64,000 nucleotides of DNA from an uncultured delta proteobacterium (GCA_963767925.1 CAVYGB010000002.1:512001-576000), one strand, 5' to 3'. Positions 1-10,689 are shown, counted from the first letter of the stretch. Notes: generated from the sequence alone by a model not told the origin. A program made the numbers and translations.

Positions 1-596
<596 letters not shown>

Positions 597-615
<19 letters not shown>

Positions 616-1370
616 AGCGGGCCCCCACCGGCGGGAGCCAGGGCCGCCGCCTGCAGCGTGAGGTTGCCGTACTGGCGGGAGACCGACCTGATGGTCCAGT
701 CGACGATCAGCGCCTGCCCGGACCGGAGGTCGGCGAAGTCGACGAGGACGATGGCGTCGCGGCCGCTCCCGCTGCCGGCGAGCACGCGCCGGATCGGAGC
801 CAGCGCAGGCGCCCCCTCGACCCAGACCTGCAGCTCGCCCTCGGCCCCCCAGGCGCCGAGGTGCACAGTCAGGGTCTCGGGCCCTGGCCCGCCTCGACGC
901 GCAGCCGGTAGCCGGAGCCCGGCCCTTCGCCCACCGCCATCCCCGCCCGCGTGCGGGCGGACCGGGTGGGGGCGCCGTCGCTCCAGGTGACCGCGATCGG
1001 GCGGTCGTCGTAGCGGCCGGGGCGGGCGCTCTGCAGGAGGAAGGCGGCGATGCGGGCGGGGACGCCGCACTTTGCGGTTGAGGCTCGAGACGTTGGGGCG
1101 CCCCCAGTGGACCCAGTCGGTGCCGCCGCTCTCGGTGAGGTCGGTCAGGGCCTTCGCGGGCTCCGAGCGGACGGCCAGGAGCGGCAGCGGCGCGGGCGGC
1201 GGGGCGGAGACGGCGGCGGCGGGCGGCGGGGCGGAGACGGCGGCGGCGGGCGGCGAGGCCGGCGAGGCCGCGACGGGAGGACGGACCGAGGGTGCGTGGC
1301 AGCTCGGACCGACAGATCCAACAGATCGGAACAGAAGCGTAACGAGATGGGACAGCAGCGCTGCTCGTCG
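597..1370 (-). pseudogene. Frameshifted putative secreted protein with DLTxxGxxDWVHWG...NRK...GNLTLQAAAL domain
   Basis: Minus strand reads a Pro/Ala linker then LTDLTESGGTDWVHWG (~1150-1100); C-terminus TLTVHLGAWG...YGNLTLQAAAL is in another frame; start not identifiable. Confidence 0.55.
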
Positions 1371-1382
1371 CGCGCCCCCGGA

Positions 1383-1555
1383 GACCCCTCACCCCTCCCT
1401 CTCCCCGCTCCGCGGGGCGAGGGCGAACGATTGGACTGCTGCACCGATCATCCTCCGAGTGGAGGCAGCAGCCGTGCATTCATCGGAGATTTCGGCTCTC
1501 CGGTTGTCCGTTCGCCCTCGCCCCGCGGCAGCGGGGAGAGGGAGGGGTGAGGGTC
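1383..1555. repeat. REP-like inverted doublet (intact reference copy)
   Basis: Left arm gacccctcacccctccctctccccgctccgcggggcgagggcgaacg and its inverted right arm cgttcgccctcgccccgcggcagcggggagagggaggggtgagggtc; each arm is itself a hairpin. Confidence 0.9.
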
Positions 1556-1563
1556 CGCCGGTG

Positions 1564-2163
1564 TTAGCGGTAGGCGAGCACGGTGAGGCTGCGGGCGCCG
1601 TGGGCGCCTACTACCAGCGTCTGCTCGATGTCGGCGGTCTTCGAGGGGCCGCTCATCCAGGTCAGGTGGTGGGGCGGCGGAACCGGGAGCAGGGCCTGGG
1701 CGGTGACGAGGTCGGGGACCAGGACCTGAGCGGGCACCAGCACCAGGAGGTGCTGCGCGAGAAAGGCGAGCGCCCGCTCGGGGAGCGAGGTCGCGCTGAG
1801 CAGGAGGGCGGCGTTCTCCGCGACGGCCCGCTCGGCGGTCAGGATACCGAGCTCGACGTCGTCGAGGGCGTGCGGCCGGGCGCCGCCGTCGGGCGCCGCC
1901 GACCAGCCGCTGGTGCCGGCGAGCAGCGGGATCGCCGAGGCGCTCGCCACGCAGCGCCCGCCAGCCCCGGCGATCCGCTCGATCACCGTCGCGGTCACGG
2001 CCGCGCGATCGAGGGGCCCGAAGAAGCTGCCGCCGACCGCGGCCAGCACGCGCCCGAAACGCTCCCAGGTCGCCTCGTAAGCCGGCGGCGGATAGGCACC
2101 GGGGTGGGGACGCCGCTGCTCGCCCGAGCGGCGGAAGCGGGCCAGGAACGTGCGCTCATCCAT
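1564..2163 (-). CDS. lutC: Lactate utilization protein C (LUD domain)
   Basis: AVAENAAL and WMSGPSKTADIEQTLVVGAHG motifs; downstream of lutB. Confidence 0.88.
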   Translation of the reverse strand: MDERTFLARFRRSGEQRRPHPGAYPPPAYEATWERFGRVLAAVGGSFFGPLDRAAVTATVIERIAGAGGRCVASASAIPLLAGTSGWSAAPDGGARPHALDDVELGILTAERAVAENAALLLSATSLPERALAFLAQHLLVLVPAQVLVPDLVTAQALLPVPPPHHLTWMSGPSKTADIEQTLVVGAHGARSLTVLAYR

Positions 2164-3754
2164 GACCGCCCCTGCCCTCCCCGCTCTCCGGACCCGCCTT
2201 CACCGTCACGCCTGCGTCGGCGCCCGCCCTCGCCACCGCACCCGCGCCTGCGTCCGCACCGGCGCCTGAGCTGGCACCCGCCTTCACCCCCGCACCCGCG
2301 CCTGCGTCCGCACCCGCCTTCACCCTCGCACCTGCGTCCGCACCCTCACCGGCCTCCGCACCCGCCCCCGTCCCCGCCCCGTCCTGCCAGCGCTCGCGGA
2401 ACGACTTGCCCGGACTGGGCGGCAGCGCCCGATCCTTCAGCCAGGGCCACAGCGGACTCACCGGAAAGCGCCGGGTGATGAGCGGCCACAGCCTTCGCAC
2501 CACCCGCCCGAGCAGGCCGTAGACCGCCGGGCGGGCGAAGACCCAGGCCCCGACCCGCATCGCGAAGCGCTTGCTCCAGGGGACCAGCTTGCGCTCGGCC
2601 AGGCGGCGGCGCCACGACAGGAGCTGATCGTGCAGATCGATCTTCACCGGGCAGACGTTGGTGCAGCTCCCGCACAGCGTGCTGGCGAAGGGGAGCTCGC
2701 GCGACAGGGCATCGCCGGCCAGCGAGGGGCCGAGCACCGAGCCGATCGGGCCGGGCACCGTGAGGCCGTAGGCGTGGCCGCTGGCCCGGCGATACACCGG
2801 GCAGGTGTTGAGGCAGGCGCCGCAGCGGATGCAGGAGAGCGCGCGGCGGTGCTCGAGGTCGGCGTTGAGGGCGCTGCGGCCGGCGTCGACGATGACCAGG
2901 TGGGCCTCGTGCCCCGGGCGCAGGGGATCGGGGCCCGTGAGGTGGGTGGTGTAGGCGGTGATGGGCTGGCCGGTGGCGCTGCGGCCGAGCAGGCGCAGGA
3001 AGACCGCCGCGTCGGCCAGCCGGGGGATCAGCTTCTCGACGCCCATGCAGGCGATGTGGGTGGGCGGCAACGCGGTCCCCAGGTCGGCGTTGCCCTCGTT
3101 GGTGCAGATGATGATCGAGCCGGTCTCGGCCACCGCGAAGTTGACCCCGGTGATGCCCGCCTCGGCGGCCAGGAAGCGGGCCCGCAGGTCGCGGCGGGCG
3201 GCATGCGCCAGGCGGGTGGGATCGTCCTCGCCGGCCGGCGTGCCGAGGGTCTTGTGGAAGAGATCGCCGATCTCGCGCCGGCGCAGGTGCACCGCCGGGA
3301 CCACGATGTGGCTCGGCGGCTCGTGCCGGAGCTGCACGATGCGCTCGCCGAGATCGGTGTCGGCCAGCTCGAAGCCCCGCTCCTCGAGGTAGGGGTTCAG
3401 CCCGCACTCCTCGGTGAGCATCGACTTGCTCTTGACCACCCGCCGGACGCCCTTGCGCTCGAGGATGCCGTGGACGGTCTGCCGCAGCTCCGCGCCGTCG
3501 GCCGCGCAGTGCACCTGCCAGCCTGCCGCCCGGGCCTTGCCGATGAACGCCGCCAGCAGGTCGGGCAGGTGGTCGAGGACGTGGGCCTTGATGGCGGCGG
3601 CGTGGGTGCGCAGGGCCTCCCAGTCGGGGACGTCGTCGGCGGCGACGTCGCGCTTGCGGCGCAGGTGCCAGATGGCCTGGTCGTGCCAGGTCACCCGCTC
3701 CTGATCCTTCAGGTAGCGCTCGGCGTCGCGGTGAAAGCGGGGCGGGCCGTTCAC
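2156..3754 (-). CDS. lutB: Lactate utilization Fe-S protein B, with Gly/Ala repeat C-terminal tail
   Basis: VKSKSMLTEE, TDLGERIVQL, PSHIVVPA, TNEGNAD, CIRCGACLNTCPVY, STLCGSCTNVCPVKI; GTG start overlaps lutA stop (GTGA). Confidence 0.93.
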   Translation of the reverse strand: MNGPPRFHRDAERYLKDQERVTWHDQAIWHLRRKRDVAADDVPDWEALRTHAAAIKAHVLDHLPDLLAAFIGKARAAGWQVHCAADGAELRQTVHGILERKGVRRVVKSKSMLTEECGLNPYLEERGFELADTDLGERIVQLRHEPPSHIVVPAVHLRRREIGDLFHKTLGTPAGEDDPTRLAHAARRDLRARFLAAEAGITGVNFAVAETGSIIICTNEGNADLGTALPPTHIACMGVEKLIPRLADAAVFLRLLGRSATGQPITAYTTHLTGPDPLRPGHEAHLVIVDAGRSALNADLEHRRALSCIRCGACLNTCPVYRRASGHAYGLTVPGPIGSVLGPSLAGDALSRELPFASTLCGSCTNVCPVKIDLHDQLLSWRRRLAERKLVPWSKRFAMRVGAWVFARPAVYGLLGRVVRRLWPLITRRFPVSPLWPWLKDRALPPSPGKSFRERWQDGAGTGAGAEAGEGADAGARVKAGADAGAGAGVKAGASSGAGADAGAGAVARAGADAGVTVKAGPESGEGRGGHG

Positions 3755-4488
3755 GAGGAGGCCAGGATCTCGGCCAGGTGCACCGCCCGGGGGCCGCCGT
3801 GGCGCTGGCTCACCCCGTCGAGGTGCATGAGGCAGCTCATGTCGGTGGCGGTCACGAAGGTCGCCCCCGCCGCCGCGAAGTCGGCGCAGCGGTCGCGGCC
3901 CATGCGCACCGAGAGGCCGGCCTCGGCCACCGCGAAGGTGCCCCCGAACCCGCAGCACTCGTCGGGCCGGGTGGGCGCCACCAGCTCGAGCCCCGCCACC
4001 TTGCGCAGCAGCAGCTCGGCCGGCGAGGCGACGTGGCCGTCGCGGCGCTCGCTCATGCTGCCGAGGCCCAGCTCGCGCAGGCCGTGGCAGCTCGCGTGCA
4101 GGCCCACCTTGTGGGGAAAACGGGCCCCGAAGTCGGTGAAGCCGAGGCGCTTGACCAGGAACTCGCTCAGCTCGAACGTCTCGGCCATCGTCCGCTCGTC
4201 GGCCTCGTCGAGCCGCAGGCCGAGGTCGTGGTAGTGATGCCTCACCTGGCTCACGCAGGAGGCGGACGGGCTGACGCTGGTGGTGCCCCGGAAGATGTCG
4301 AGGTGGCGGCGGGCCAGGGTGGCGGCCTCCCCGGCGCAGCCGGAGTTCGACATGGGCTGGCCGCAGCAGGTCTGGCGCGCGTCGAAGCGGACCTCGCAGC
4401 CGGCCTGCCGCAGCACCGCCACGGTGGCCTCCGCTACCTGGGGGTAGAGCTGGTCGACGTAACAGGGGACGAAGATCTGGACGATCAC
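3751..4488 (-). CDS. lutA: Lactate utilization protein A (CCG domains)
   Basis: FVPCYVDQLYP, QTCCGQP, HASCH, ECCGFGGTF, DMSCLMHL; GTG start overlaps upstream stop. Confidence 0.92.
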   Translation of the reverse strand: MIVQIFVPCYVDQLYPQVAEATVAVLRQAGCEVRFDARQTCCGQPMSNSGCAGEAATLARRHLDIFRGTTSVSPSASCVSQVRHHYHDLGLRLDEADERTMAETFELSEFLVKRLGFTDFGARFPHKVGLHASCHGLRELGLGSMSERRDGHVASPAELLLRKVAGLELVAPTRPDECCGFGGTFAVAEAGLSVRMGRDRCADFAAAGATFVTATDMSCLMHLDGVSQRHGGPRAVHLAEILASS

Positions 4489-5627
4489 CGCTCGAGGTCC
4501 AGGACGAACTTGTTGTTGGGCCCGGTCTTCTCCCGGTCGAGGAAGGGTGAATAGGTGCGCACGTCGACCAGGTGGTCGTCGGACTGGAAGCGCATGATCC
4601 GCAGGTAGCCGTCGCCCCCCTTGGTGGGCTGGCCGGTCTCGGGGTCGATGCAGATCTGGGGCTGGGCCGGGTCGTACACGCCGCAGGTCTGGTAGTTGGC
4701 CAGGATCTCGTGGACGTGGCTGCCCGAGGGGCGGACGCTGCGCCGGCGGCTGGCGGCGTTGCCGGTCATGTGGCCGGAGAGCACGAACTGCAGGTTGTCG
4801 TGGCGGGAGACCAGCTCCTGCCACATCTCCTCGCCGTCGTTGACCGGCTCGGGCAGGCCGTAGCCGTGGGGGCCGAAACACTGCCGGCCGGAGCAGCCCC
4901 CGGGCAGGTTGCGGTCGTAGCGCTGCTCGTCGATGTACATGTACGCGTGGGTGACCAGGATGGCGGGGGTCGCGGCGAAGCGGGTGAGGACGTCGCTGGC
5001 CCAGGCCAGGACGGCGTCGCGCGGGCCGAACTCCAGGCTCAGGACGAGAAAATCGCGGCCGCCCGCCCGCAAGAGCTGGTGGCTGTTCTGGATCTGGTCG
5101 GGCTCGAAGGTCCCGCCCCAGCCGGGCCGATCGGAGAAGCGCGACACCGGGAAGAACGCGTTCATCAGGGGGGCGGCGAAGGTGAGGCCGGTGCCGGGCA
5201 CGGTCAGCAGGTCGTGGTTGCCGGCCGACAGGACGTAGGGGACCTGGCCGTCGAGCAGGCGGAAGGCGTCGGAGGCGCGTTGCCACTGCCCGCGGTCCTC
5301 GGCGTAGTCGACGATGTCCCCCTCGTGCAGGACGAAGGCGATGCCCAGCTCCTGCGCCTTGTCCCGGATCCAGCGGGTCTGGGCCTGGAAGATCTCGGGG
5401 TGGTCGAGGGCGTAAAACTGCGTGTCGGGCAGGACCACCAGGGTAAAGCTCGGGGGCGCGTCGCCCCCGGACGCGTCGCCCGCCGGCCCGGCGTCAGCGG
5501 GCCGGGCGTCGGAGCCCGGCCCGGCATCGGCGGCGGGGCCCGCGTCCCCCGGCAACATCCCCTCGGCGTCGCACCCGGCCAGCAGGGCCATCGTGACGGC
5601 CAGCGGGGCCGTCGTCGCGCGCAGCAT
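4485..5627 (-). CDS. Calcineurin-like metallophosphoesterase, lipoprotein
   Basis: Lipobox LLAGC; PDTQ, HEGDIVD, GNHD, THAY, SGH metal-binding motifs. Confidence 0.85.
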   Translation of the reverse strand: MLRATTAPLAVTMALLAGCDAEGMLPGDAGPAADAGPGSDARPADAGPAGDASGGDAPPSFTLVVLPDTQFYALDHPEIFQAQTRWIRDKAQELGIAFVLHEGDIVDYAEDRGQWQRASDAFRLLDGQVPYVLSAGNHDLLTVPGTGLTFAAPLMNAFFPVSRFSDRPGWGGTFEPDQIQNSHQLLRAGGRDFLVLSLEFGPRDAVLAWASDVLTRFAATPAILVTHAYMYIDEQRYDRNLPGGCSGRQCFGPHGYGLPEPVNDGEEMWQELVSRHDNLQFVLSGHMTGNAASRRRSVRPSGSHVHEILANYQTCGVYDPAQPQICIDPETGQPTKGGDGYLRIMRFQSDDHLVDVRTYSPFLDREKTGPNNKFVLDLER

Positions 5628-5635
5628 GGACGGTC

Positions 5636-6328
5636 TCAGCCCCCGACCAGCTCGGACACGATGGGCACGCCCCAGATCGCGCCCAGCACCAGGGTGGCCG
5701 AGGCGGCCACCAGCCGGACGGTGGCCCCGACCTGGCCGCCCCGCACCGCGCGGGCCAGGGCCAGGCCGGCCGCGCCGGACAGCGCCGCCATCGCCAGGAT
5801 CGACCCGACCCCGAAGCAGAGGACGTAGATCAGCCGCTCGCCCAGCGAGGGGAGCTTGGCGGCGACAAGGGCGGCCAGGGCCCCGCTGCCGGCCAGCCCG
5901 TGCAGCAGGCCGATCAGCAAGGGGCGCCGGGCGAAGGCCCAGGGGCCGAGGTGGACATGGTGGGCGATGCCGGCGTGCCGGTGGGCCAGCCCGCCGTGGG
6001 CGTGCAGGAGCTCGGGACCACCGCGCATGTCGATCAGGGCCCGCACGATGCCGCGGGTGCCGAGGACGATCAACATGACCGCCACCCCGAGCTCGAAGGT
6101 GCTCTCGAGCCAGGCCGGCATGGCCGATCCGGCCGCCGCCAGCACGAGGGCGGCGGCGAGCAGGGCGATGGTGTGGCCGAATCCCCAGACGGCCCCCAGC
6201 AGGGCGGCCCGGCGGGGCGATCGGTTCTCGGTGGTCAGCAGCGCGACGGCCGCCACGTGATCCGGCTCGAACGCGTGGCGCGCGCCGAGCAGGGCCCCCA
6301 GGGCCAGAGCCACCAGCAGCGCCGTCAC
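5636..6328 (-). CDS. Nickel/cobalt transporter-like membrane protein (UreH/NicO type)
   Basis: RHAFEPDHVAAV, WGFGHT, His-rich loop HAHGGLAHRH, GLLHGLAGSG; several hydrophobic helices. Confidence 0.82.
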   Translation of the reverse strand: MTALLVALALGALLGARHAFEPDHVAAVALLTTENRSPRRAALLGAVWGFGHTIALLAAALVLAAAGSAMPAWLESTFELGVAVMLIVLGTRGIVRALIDMRGGPELLHAHGGLAHRHAGIAHHVHLGPWAFARRPLLIGLLHGLAGSGALAALVAAKLPSLGERLIYVLCFGVGSILAMAALSGAAGLALARAVRGGQVGATVRLVAASATLVLGAIWGVPIVSELVGG

Positions 6329-6583
6329 GGTCTCTCCCTCGTCGGAACGGAGGCATCTGCCAGCATGTTCGTGCTCTCGTTGCGACCGAGGAGGGCTACC
6401 GGACCGCGCGGGTCGCGTTCGTGCTCCGGCTGACGCTCCGAGGCGGAAGACGCCGCGTCGAAACGCCGATGAGGTCTGACGGTCGCTTTTATCAGATCTC
6501 GGGCGAGGGGGCGTTTCAGAACCAAATCGCCCGGGGCCGGTGCTCCTTGACGGGAAGGGCCACGAGCGCCACGATCACGCGCC

Positions 6584-7243
6584 ATGCCCGGCGCCGAAAC
6601 GTTCGTTCAGGAGATGGAGACGAAGAATCTTGCCTCGTTCGAGCGCTTGCTGGCTGCCTGGGCCATCACCCTCGGCAAGGAAGACTTCGCGCCGGCCGAC
6701 CTGCTGCGCCTGGAGATGAAGACCACGGTGGAGGCGATCGAGGTGTCGGCCCTCTGGCTGGCCGAGACCGACTCGCTCGACATCAAGGTCGCGCTGGCTT
6801 CGGTGTGCGGCGACGGGGCCCGCACCATCGGCCTGCTGCGCGACCGCCTGGCCGCGCTGGGGGTGGATTTGCTGGGGTTCGACGTGCGCTTCGGGGGCTA
6901 CTCGAAGCTGTTCGCCTTCTTCCGGTCGCTGATGACCACCGAGGAGCGGGCCTCGGCCGGGCCGGTCACCCTGCGGGCCTTCAACATGCGCCGGCTGGAG
7001 ATGGCCGCCCAGCACTGCCTGGCCAAGGGGGACGCCGAGACAGCGACCCTGATGCGCGACACCCTCGTCCGCGACGAGGAGGGCCACCGCGACGTCGGCC
7101 GCCGCACCCTGATCGACACCGCTATCAACGAGGAGAGCCAGGCCCGCGCCCGCCGCGCCGCCTTCCGCACCATCGAGCTGCTGGGCGAGGTCCACGAGCC
7201 CGCCCTCCTGCGCAAGTTCCTCGCCCGCTCGCTCAAGCGGTAG
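6584..7243 (+). CDS. Ferritin-like domain protein
   Basis: Helical protein with DEEGH (ExxH) motif; first ExxH position reads DGART; host-like codon usage. Confidence 0.6.
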   Translation: MPGAETFVQEMETKNLASFERLLAAWAITLGKEDFAPADLLRLEMKTTVEAIEVSALWLAETDSLDIKVALASVCGDGARTIGLLRDRLAALGVDLLGFDVRFGGYSKLFAFFRSLMTTEERASAGPVTLRAFNMRRLEMAAQHCLAKGDAETATLMRDTLVRDEEGHRDVGRRTLIDTAINEESQARARRAAFRTIELLGEVHEPALLRKFLARSLKR

Positions 7244-7312
7244 GTCGGGGACTAGCCCAGCGAGCGAACCCGGCTATCTCCGTCGATTGGCCGGGCCCCG
7301 CCGGGATGGCGG

Positions 7313-8074
7313 TCAGTCGTCGCCGACGACGTCGGTGACGACCACGGTGATGTTGTCGCGGCCGCCGCGCTGGTTGGCGAGGTTGATGAGCTGGGACGCC
7401 ACCTCGTGGCGGTCGCCCTCCATGCGGGCGGCCAGCTCTCCGTTCTCCAGGTAGCCGTGCAGGCCGTCCGAGCAGAGCAGGAAGCGGTCGCCCGGCACGA
7501 GGGGCAAGGTCGTTGTGTCCACCTCGACGTAGTCCTGGTGTCCCACCGCCCGGGTGATGATGTTCTTGCCGGGGGCGTTGGCCGCCTCCTCCGGGGTGAT
7601 GAGCCCCAGCTTCAGGCGGAAGTTGACCAGGGTGTGATCCTCGGTGAGCTGCACACACTCCTGTCCCCGCATGACGTACACCCGGCTGTCGCCCACCTGG
7701 GCGATGAACCCGGTCGAGCCCACACACAGCAGCGAGGACAACGTACAGGACATGCCCCGTTGCCGGGGATCCAGCTCGCCCATGCCAAACACCATGTAAC
7801 AGGCCGACTGGACCGCGCTCTCCATCAGGCGGCGCACCAACCCCTGGTTTTCCTGGGTCGGTTCGCTCACGAAGGTCTCCACCGTGCCCCGCCAACGCTT
7901 GACCCAGGAGTGCACGAGCTCGACCGACTCGGCGCTGGCTACCTCGCCCTTGGCGTTGCCACCCACCCCGTCGCACACGACGTACAGCCCCAAATCGTCG
8001 TCCACCAGGAACGCATCTTCGTTGTGAGGCCGCCGCCGTCCGACATCCGTGCTGCCCGCCGATCGGAAAATCAT
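7313..8074 (-). CDS. PP2C-family Ser/Thr protein phosphatase
   Basis: TDVGRRRPHNED, VCDGVGG, VGDSRVY, LTEDH, LCSDGL, GGRDNIT; RBS gaggag. Confidence 0.93.
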   Translation of the reverse strand: MIFRSAGSTDVGRRRPHNEDAFLVDDDLGLYVVCDGVGGNAKGEVASAESVELVHSWVKRWRGTVETFVSEPTQENQGLVRRLMESAVQSACYMVFGMGELDPRQRGMSCTLSSLLCVGSTGFIAQVGDSRVYVMRGQECVQLTEDHTLVNFRLKLGLITPEEAANAPGKNIITRAVGHQDYVEVDTTTLPLVPGDRFLLCSDGLHGYLENGELAARMEGDRHEVASQLINLANQRGGRDNITVVVTDVVGDD

Positions 8075-8202
8075 CTCCTCCCCTCCTCCTCGGCACCCCA
8101 ACGGCGGTACTGAAAAAATTCCGCCGGCTCGCTCAACACCGCGTGAATCCGGCTGAAATCAGCGATGAGGCCACCTCGGTATTTTAGCATGTTGTTTCGG
8201 CG

Positions 8203-8211
8203 TGTTATAGT
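8203..8211 (+). promoter_or_regulatory. Putative extended -10 promoter (TGnTATAGT); kinase mRNA would be near-leaderless
   Basis: tgttatagt ends 8 nt before ATG 8220; the same motif lies on the minus strand at 21081-21089 upstream of another gene. Confidence 0.45.
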
Positions 8212-8219
8212 CGAAGACG

Positions 8220-10439
8220 ATGCCGGCAGAGGGAAAGGACACGTTTCCCTCCCCGTTCGGGCGGTACACGCTCACCGAGCGACTGGCTACCGGGGGAATG
8301 GCGGAGGTCTTCAAGGCGAAGATCCTGTCTACCCACGGCTTCGAGAAGCAGCTCGTGATCAAGCGGATCTTGCCCCACCTGGCGGCGGACAAGACCTTCG
8401 TGGCCATGTTCATCGACGAGGCCAAGCTGACCGCCCAGCTCCTGCACCCGAAGATCGTGCAGGTCATCGACTTCGGCGAGGTCAACAGCCAGTACTTCAT
8501 CGCCCTCGAATTCATCGACGGGTTCGACGCCCTGGCTTTGCTGCGCTCGGCGGCCATCAAGCAGACCCGCCTGCCGGTCCCCATCAGCATGTTCATCGCG
8601 ATGGAGATCCTCGACGCCCTCGACTACGCCCACAACGCCATGGACAACGAGAACCGGCCCATGAAGCTGGTTCACCGGGACATCTCCCCCTCGAACGTCT
8701 TCATCGCCCGGCGGGGCGACGTCAAGCTGGGCGACTTCGGCATCGCCCACGCCGCCAAGCGCGAATCGAAGACCATGGCCGGCACCCTCAAGGGTAAATA
8801 CGGTTACATGTCCCCCGAACAGGTGGTTGGGGCCAAGCTCGACGCCCGCAGCGACCTGTTTGCGGTGGGGATCGTATTCGCCGAGATGTTGATGGGGCGT
8901 CGTTTGTTCACCGCCCCCAATGACCTCGACGTCTTGTTGATGGTGCGCGACGGCCGGCTGGAACGGCTCACCAAATACGCCGGCGACCTGCCGCCGGCGC
9001 TCGATCGCATCGTCAAGCAGGGCCTGGCCCGGCGGGTGGGCGATCGCTTCCAGAGCGCGGCCGAGTTTCGCGACGCCCTCTCCGATCTGCTGTTCAAGGT
9101 GCGCATGCGGGTCTCCGCCTCGGACGTGGGGCGCATCGCGGTCGACTTCCTCGACCAGAGCCCGGAGGCGGCCGGCCGCGCGCGCGAGCACGTCCGCCTG
9201 TGGGAGCTGCCGGCGGTGCAGGTGACCGGCGGAAACGCGGTCCGACCGGCTGCCGCCCCGGCCCCGGCGCCCGCCGCCGCCCCGGTCTCCGGACTGAGCA
9301 CGCCCGGGTCGATGGGCTCTTCCGGGTCCCTGCCCTCCGGGGCGTCCTCGGCCCTGTCGACGCCCTCCCCCGCCCGGGGCGCGCACGCCTCCGGGACGGC
9401 CCCGGCCAACGCCAGCGGGGTCGGCGCGTCCCCCGGCACCGGCAGCTCGGGCGGCGGCGGCGAGGCCATCGACGCGCAGGGCGAGGAGGGCGCCTCCCGC
9501 AAGGGCACCAAGAAGAAGCAGCACGAGCGCTACAAGATCGACGCCCAGACCGCGGCTGCCCTCGACAACCTGCTGAGCCAGCCGCTGTCGGTGGTGGACC
9601 TCGACATGTACGAGGCGCCGCTCACGCCTGCGCCGGGGAGCGCCCTGTCGCTCGGGCCGGGGTCGCGGGCGGGGCCGATGCCGACCGGGGTCAACGCGGG
9701 GACGCCGCGGCCGGCCGCGCCGCTGGTACCGGAGCTGACGGCCGAGCTGACGGCGGTGACGCCGATGCGGATCTTCTCCGACCTGGCGGTCACCGCCGAG
9801 ACGGGGTTGCTACGCTTCGAGAGCCCCGCGCTGAACAGCGAGGTGTATCTGGTGCGGGGGGCGCCCGAGTCCCTGGGTTCGCAGCTCACCGGCCAGCGCT
9901 TCGGCGAATACCTGGTCGGCCGGGGGGTGCTCCGGCCGCAGGAGCTGAAGGTGGCGGTGGCGCAGCTCCCGAACTTCGGGGGCAAGATCGTCGACGCCAT
10001 CATCGGGCTCGGCATCATGAAGCCGGTCGATGTGTTCCGGCTGCTGTCCGAGGAGGTGCGGCAGCGGGTGCTGGAGACCTTCGGGTTTCTGCAGGGGCGA
10101 GCGCACTTTTACCGGGGCCAGCGCAATCCGCACGAGTCGTTTCCGCTGGGGCTCGATCCGTTCGAGATCCTGGGGGCGGGGGTGCTGAGCTTGCCGTTCG
10201 AGCAGCTTCAGCGGCGGTTCGTTGTGTTGCGGGACTTGCGGCCACGGGCGTTCGATCCGCCGCGGCTGAGCCCGGAGGCGTTTCGGCTGGGGCCGACGCC
10301 GCGGGAGCTGTGGAGCATGCTCGATGGGACGCGGACGGTGCGGGAGTGGCTGCGGCACTTCCAGAACGCGGACGAGCAGCTCACGTTTTTGCGGACGCTG
10401 TATTTGTTGCTCGAGACTGGGCTCGCGGGGCTGGGGTAG
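8220..10439 (+). CDS. Ser/Thr protein kinase with low-complexity linker and DUF4388-like C-terminal domain
   Basis: GGMAEVF, LVIKR, HRDISPSN, DFG, GKYGYMSPEQ, SDLFAVG; C-terminal TGLLRF...RFGEYLV. Confidence 0.92.
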   Translation: MPAEGKDTFPSPFGRYTLTERLATGGMAEVFKAKILSTHGFEKQLVIKRILPHLAADKTFVAMFIDEAKLTAQLLHPKIVQVIDFGEVNSQYFIALEFIDGFDALALLRSAAIKQTRLPVPISMFIAMEILDALDYAHNAMDNENRPMKLVHRDISPSNVFIARRGDVKLGDFGIAHAAKRESKTMAGTLKGKYGYMSPEQVVGAKLDARSDLFAVGIVFAEMLMGRRLFTAPNDLDVLLMVRDGRLERLTKYAGDLPPALDRIVKQGLARRVGDRFQSAAEFRDALSDLLFKVRMRVSASDVGRIAVDFLDQSPEAAGRAREHVRLWELPAVQVTGGNAVRPAAAPAPAPAAAPVSGLSTPGSMGSSGSLPSGASSALSTPSPARGAHASGTAPANASGVGASPGTGSSGGGGEAIDAQGEEGASRKGTKKKQHERYKIDAQTAAALDNLLSQPLSVVDLDMYEAPLTPAPGSALSLGPGSRAGPMPTGVNAGTPRPAAPLVPELTAELTAVTPMRIFSDLAVTAETGLLRFESPALNSEVYLVRGAPESLGSQLTGQRFGEYLVGRGVLRPQELKVAVAQLPNFGGKIVDAIIGLGIMKPVDVFRLLSEEVRQRVLETFGFLQGRAHFYRGQRNPHESFPLGLDPFEILGAGVLSLPFEQLQRRFVVLRDLRPRAFDPPRLSPEAFRLGPTPRELWSMLDGTRTVREWLRHFQNADEQLTFLRTLYLLLETGLAGLG

Positions 10440-10459
10440 GCGCGGCCGCCGACTAGGTT

Positions 10460-10545
10460 GGCGTCCGGGCGAAACCGGCGGGGCTGGGGTCCGGGCGAAA
10501 CTGGCGGGGCCGGGGTCCGGGCAAAACCGGCGGGGCCGGGGTCCG
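10460..10545. repeat. 26-bp tandem repeat, about 3.3 copies
   Basis: Unit ggggtccgggcgaaacYggcggggcY. Confidence 0.85.
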
Positions 10546-10554
10546 CTGCGCTTC

Positions 10555-10689
10555 GGGGAGGGGAAGATCTGCCTGAGGGCTCGCCGGGGCTTACAGCGCT
10601 TCGCGCTTGCCCCTCTGTCGCCGTTGGCGACTTCGCGCAGACGCGAAGTGCACGTCTCCACTCGCCCTCGGCCAGATCTCCCCCTCCCC
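10555..10689. repeat. Long imperfect inverted repeat (MITE/REP-like palindromic element)
   Basis: ggggaggggaagatctgcctgagggc ... gccctcggccagatctcccctcccc enclosing smaller hairpins (cttcgcgcagacgcgaag). Confidence 0.7.

Noticed and set aside
6329..6583. Riboswitch (NiCo or ykkC) upstream of the Ni transporter
   Set aside because: Only one hairpin and a gataaaagc word; conserved cores not recognised; an Rfam scan would settle it
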